DNA of 64,000 bases from positions 1 to 64,000 of the IMG/VR virus record IMGVR_UViG_3300032215_000682. One strand, given 5' to 3'. Source of the stretch: a virus. The first letter of the stretch is position 1. The number at the start of each line of letters is the position of its first letter. This document shows, piece after piece, positions 60,530 through 64,000 of the stretch. The translations under genes were made by a program, and so were the position numbers. The notes beneath the pieces are model-generated. The model was not told where the DNA came from and did no database searches. It was given only the letters and a program-made list of their open reading frames with translations.

Positions 60530-61298
60530 TTCTGAATTTTTTTATCTGACAATAATCTTGCAATTTCTGATATACTTTTTTAGTAATTATTACATCATTT
60601 TCACAGTAATCAATCATGTTTTTCAATGCTTCCTTATCTTTTTTAAGAATAACATCATTCCATAATTGTAAACCACCAGTTGATACTTTTTCACCAAGTC
60701 CAAGAAATTTAGCTATATAATCAAGTTTATTGTTATTAAAACTAAAACTATTTCTAGCCATTTTCAATGTATCAATTGTTTGAAGTTTAGCAGGAAATGG
60801 TATTCCATGATATATGCATCTTGTCCTAATAAAAGGAATGTCAAACCCATCAGAATTATGTCCTACTAGAATAACATCTTCATTTAAAAGTTTGCTAAAT
60901 TCTAATAGAAGTTTAGCATCACCATCACTATTCCAAGAAAGTGTTTGCACTTTATCACTATCATCCCAAGAATAACTAAGGCATATAATCTTTTTTTCTT
61001 CTATTATATTATCATGTGAAAGGTTAATTTTACTACCAATTCTCCATGAAGATACAATATTAAATGAAGACTCAATATCAATAAAAAGCTTTCTTTTAGG
61101 AGCTTTAACTTCTAAGACAGAATCATCATTTTTAATTCTAATCTTTCTAAACCTATTTCTGATATATTCACTGGACAAACCTTCACCTATCTCACTTGCC
61201 ACTAAGCTCCATCTAAATTGTGTGTCTTTAGTTCTCCAATCTTCAATAAATGCATAATTTTCTAATAGAAAAGCATCAACTTTTTGTTTTAAATTCAT
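60522..61298 (-). CDS. RNase H-like (DEDD) 3'-5' exonuclease with an N-terminal helical domain
   Basis: FIDIES, VGHNSDGFDIP, NKLDY, YCENDV. Confidence 0.85.
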   Translation of the reverse strand: MNLKQKVDAFLLENYAFIEDWRTKDTQFRWSLVASEIGEGLSSEYIRNRFRKIRIKNDDSVLEVKAPKRKLFIDIESSFNIVSSWRIGSKINLSHDNIIEEKKIICLSYSWDDSDKVQTLSWNSDGDAKLLLEFSKLLNEDVILVGHNSDGFDIPFIRTRCIYHGIPFPAKLQTIDTLKMARNSFSFNNNKLDYIAKFLGLGEKVSTGGLQLWNDVILKKDKEALKNMIDYCENDVIITKKVYQKLQDYCQIKKFRND

Positions 61299-61328
61299 TA
61301 ATTATATTTAATTAAAATTTCAATAATA

Positions 61329-61360
61329 CAAAGATATGAATAATAATTCACAATTCCTAA
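61329..61360 (-). promoter_or_regulatory. Promoter TTAGGAA-N17-TATCTTTG
   Basis: Exact copy of the repeated motif. Confidence 0.75.
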
Positions 61361-61373
61361 TTTTTAACAAAAA

Positions 61374-63488
61374 TTAATTATAAATTACATAATTTAACAA
61401 AGAGGTGTCTAAAGTGTTTATAACACCTGTAGGCCCAACAGCACTTATAGTAAGTGTATTAGCTGTACATACAGCAGTGTAATTAAATGTGTTAGTTAGT
61501 GTGCCTCCAACAGATACTAATTGTAAAAATGCTCTTGAAGATGTTGTAAGTCCTGTTATTGTTATTGCTTTTGTTCCTGCTACTAAAGCTATTTGACCTA
61601 ATCTACCTCCAGATCCTTCAGTGATTGTGATTTTATTACCTGCTGTTCCTAAAGTTAAATTTCCATTAGATGTCCAGTTTCCACTAGAATCACTTTGAAG
61701 TCTTATATGACCCTGACCATCAGCTAAAACAATATTATTGGCTAATGAGGAACTTAAACCAGTTATTTGACTGCCTATTACAGTATTATAAGAACCTGTT
61801 GTTATTCCCACTTGAGTTGTCCCAGCTCCTATAATTATATTATAAGAGCCACTTTGTATATTTTGGCTCATAGCATAACCTATACCAATATTTCCATCAC
61901 CAGTTGTATTAAATAATGCTGCATAACCTAATGATGTTCCATAGTATCCATTAACATAACTACCTCCTGCACCATAACCAACATGTGTGTGATATAAACC
62001 ATTTGTAATTAATGCTCCTGCTACTGATCCCACAGCAACAGAATTTGAACAAGATGTTGCTTTTTGAAGAGCTTGATACCCCAATGCTGTATTATTTCCA
62101 CCAGTTAAAGAAACACTACTTAAAGTACTAACTCCAATAGCTGTGTTTGTACTTATAGCCCCAACTCCCTTTCCTATAGTTAAACTATTTATTGTAGAAT
62201 CATTAGTACATGTAAATGTATTTGCAGTTAATGTAGTTCCATTAAATGTTAAATTTGCACTTTCACTCACTACACCACTATTATCATATAAAATTCTTGT
62301 AGAAGTTCCAGAAGTTATAGCTGTAGTTCCTATTGTAATTCCTCCTGATGCAATTGTTCCCCAAGAAGTATTAGTACCATCAGTGGTAAGATATTTACCT
62401 GAATTGCTTGTTTGTAAAGGTGCTAATGCATTAAAAGCTGCATTAGCTGTTGTTTGTCCTGTTCCACCATTAGCTATTGCTATAGATGTACCATTCCATG
62501 TTCCTGATGTTATAGTGCCCACTGTTGCTATATCACCTCCTACTAATTTACTTGAAGCAATACTACCTGCTAACATAGCATTTGTTACAGCACTAGCTGC
62601 TATAGTTGTTGTTATTGTTGTTGTACCTGAGCCAGTAACATTACCACTTAATGTTATTGTTTGATTACCTGTTATGTATGAATTAGAATCTAAACTTCCA
62701 TCAGCTTTTATAAATTGGCTTGATGTGCCAGTTATATAACTTAAAGTTCCTGCTGTAGATTTTATTATTCCTGTACCATTTAAAGCTGTTGTTAAATCTG
62801 CTGTTGCTATAGCTCTAAAAGTTGGGATACCATTAGAACCATTAGGAGCTAATAAACAATAATTTGCTGTTTGTGAAGGTATGCTAAATACACCAGTGGT
62901 ATTATTATAACTTAATGGAGCAGAAGCTGATAAACTTAACAAAGAAGATTTATTATTAAATGTAGACCAATCTGAGCTAGAAAGTAATCCTCTATTAGAA
63001 GCACTAGCTGTAGGAATATTAAAAGTATGTGTACTACCTGAAGAATTTATTGTAAAATCTGTACCACTACTCCCTGTTGTAAGAAGTTGTGCAGAAGAAG
63101 TGAGAGTGTTAATTGAATCTATTCCACTAGCTGTATTTGTTTGTATAATAGAGCCATTATTATTTAAATATAAAGTGCTATAAGCAGGGAGAGAGGCTGT
63201 AAATGAAACTAAATGAGCATTTGTTATTCCATTGACATAAAGTTTTATATTAGTGACAGCACTACTAGAATAATTAACAATATTAATATTAGAAATGTCT
63301 ATATTAACAGATAAACCTGTATTAACAGAAGAATAAGTGTATATTGTACTAACACTATTATTTAAAGTTATTTGAGCTAAAGGGGCATATAAATTTTCTG
63401 CTCCTACATTATACCACCCAAATAATGTACAAGTGACAGCAGCATCTGCATATCCTGAAAGAATGTCATTTTCTTTTAAAGTAATCAT
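61374..63488 (-). CDS. Tail fibre / receptor-binding protein
   Basis: Very G/S/T/A-rich; ANGGTGQTTA, GLLSSSDW, NTAIG/NTALG beta-roll repeats. Confidence 0.8.
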   Translation of the reverse strand: MITLKENDILSGYADAAVTCTLFGWYNVGAENLYAPLAQITLNNSVSTIYTYSSVNTGLSVNIDISNINIVNYSSSAVTNIKLYVNGITNAHLVSFTASLPAYSTLYLNNNGSIIQTNTASGIDSINTLTSSAQLLTTGSSGTDFTINSSGSTHTFNIPTASASNRGLLSSSDWSTFNNKSSLLSLSASAPLSYNNTTGVFSIPSQTANYCLLAPNGSNGIPTFRAIATADLTTALNGTGIIKSTAGTLSYITGTSSQFIKADGSLDSNSYITGNQTITLSGNVTGSGTTTITTTIAASAVTNAMLAGSIASSKLVGGDIATVGTITSGTWNGTSIAIANGGTGQTTANAAFNALAPLQTSNSGKYLTTDGTNTSWGTIASGGITIGTTAITSGTSTRILYDNSGVVSESANLTFNGTTLTANTFTCTNDSTINSLTIGKGVGAISTNTAIGVSTLSSVSLTGGNNTALGYQALQKATSCSNSVAVGSVAGALITNGLYHTHVGYGAGGSYVNGYYGTSLGYAALFNTTGDGNIGIGYAMSQNIQSGSYNIIIGAGTTQVGITTGSYNTVIGSQITGLSSSLANNIVLADGQGHIRLQSDSSGNWTSNGNLTLGTAGNKITITEGSGGRLGQIALVAGTKAITITGLTTSSRAFLQLVSVGGTLTNTFNYTAVCTANTLTISAVGPTGVINTLDTSLLNYVIYN

Positions 63489-64000
63489 TTATGAGTGTAT
63501 ACATAAAATAATGTTTCTACTAGTGTTGCTACACTAAACCCTATTACACCTCCTATTACAAAAGTTTTAATAGGCTTTTTAGAAATATTTTGTTTAACAA
63601 AAATATTTTTTGTATCAGATTGTTCTAAATATTTATTAGAATTTTTAATTTTAACAATTGACTCTGTTTTAAATAGTCCTTTTTTAACATCTCCTATAGT
63701 TATTTCCACCTTATTTGGAATGTTTAAATGTTCTATTACAAAACCATCTTCTGTTATAACTCCATACATTTGTAAATTAGAATCAATATTTTCTATTTTT
63801 ACTGGAAGTGGAAGACATTTAAATGAATCTATTTTTCCATTAATTGTATCTATTATTTCTACTAATTTAGTAGAATCTTTATATCTTATAGTATCATGTA
63901 CAACTTTTATAGATGTGTTATATTTAATTTGACCTATTAAAGAAGACATTTTATTTTCTTTCTCAATATGCTTCACTATCTCTTGATTTTTATTAGTTAA
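63485..64000 (-). CDS. Partial membrane-anchored protein; frame is open to the window edge
   Basis: No stop between 63976 and 64000 in this frame; C-terminal hydrophobic FVIGGVIGFSVATLV. Confidence 0.6.
   Translation of the reverse strand, partial: LTNKNQEIVKHIEKENKMSSLIGQIKYNTSIKVVHDTIRYKDSTKLVEIIDTINGKIDSFKCLPLPVKIENIDSNLQMYGVITEDGFVIEHLNIPNKVEITIGDVKKGLFKTESIVKIKNSNKYLEQSDTKNIFVKQNISKKPIKTFVIGGVIGFSVATLVETLFYVYTHK

Noticed and set aside
61374-63488. DGR target or invertible tail-fibre locus
   Set aside because: No reverse transcriptase, recombinase, template/variable repeat pair or flanking inverted repeats seen in the window
25329-63932. Short + strand ORFs in the right half (e.g. 36460-36831, 62143-62664) and the off-frame 46293-46487
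   Set aside because: Nested in longer, motif-bearing minus-strand genes
1-64000. tRNA, rRNA, CRISPR array or IS element
   Set aside because: Intergenic gaps are short and AT-rich; no cloverleaf, spaced direct repeats or transposase recognised by eye

Overview
Very AT-rich, densely coding segment of a crAss-like (Crassvirales-type) phage that probably infects Bacteroidota, read in standard code 11. It has two convergent halves that meet at hairpin terminators near 21.4-21.8 kb. The + strand half (1-21.8 kb) encodes a peptide/amide-ligase cluster (ATP-grasp, class I and class II glutamine amidotransferases, amidoligase), HNH and PD-(D/E)XK nucleases, class II ribonucleotide reductase, MazG-like proteins, GroES, a metallophosphoesterase and three glycosyltransferases. 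The - strand half (21.9-64 kb) is the virion module: tail fibre, exonuclease, ring/IHF-like/tubular/stabilisation tail proteins, GH108 endolysin, two cargo proteins, a 4378-aa virion RNA polymerase and a 3212-aa polyvalent ejection protein. Most notable: (1) the RNAP is fused to a complete C-terminal SF1B helicase; (2) the amidoligase cluster; (3) near-total CpG avoidance; (4) a three-gene glycosylation set; (5) a repeated xxGG motif shared by a cargo protein and an unannotated 36-aa peptide; (6) five copies of a fixed-spacing promoter; (7) twin hairpins with the same structure; (8) a host-like surface-protein domain inserted in the tail protein. All family assignments come from motif recognition by eye; no database searches were run.
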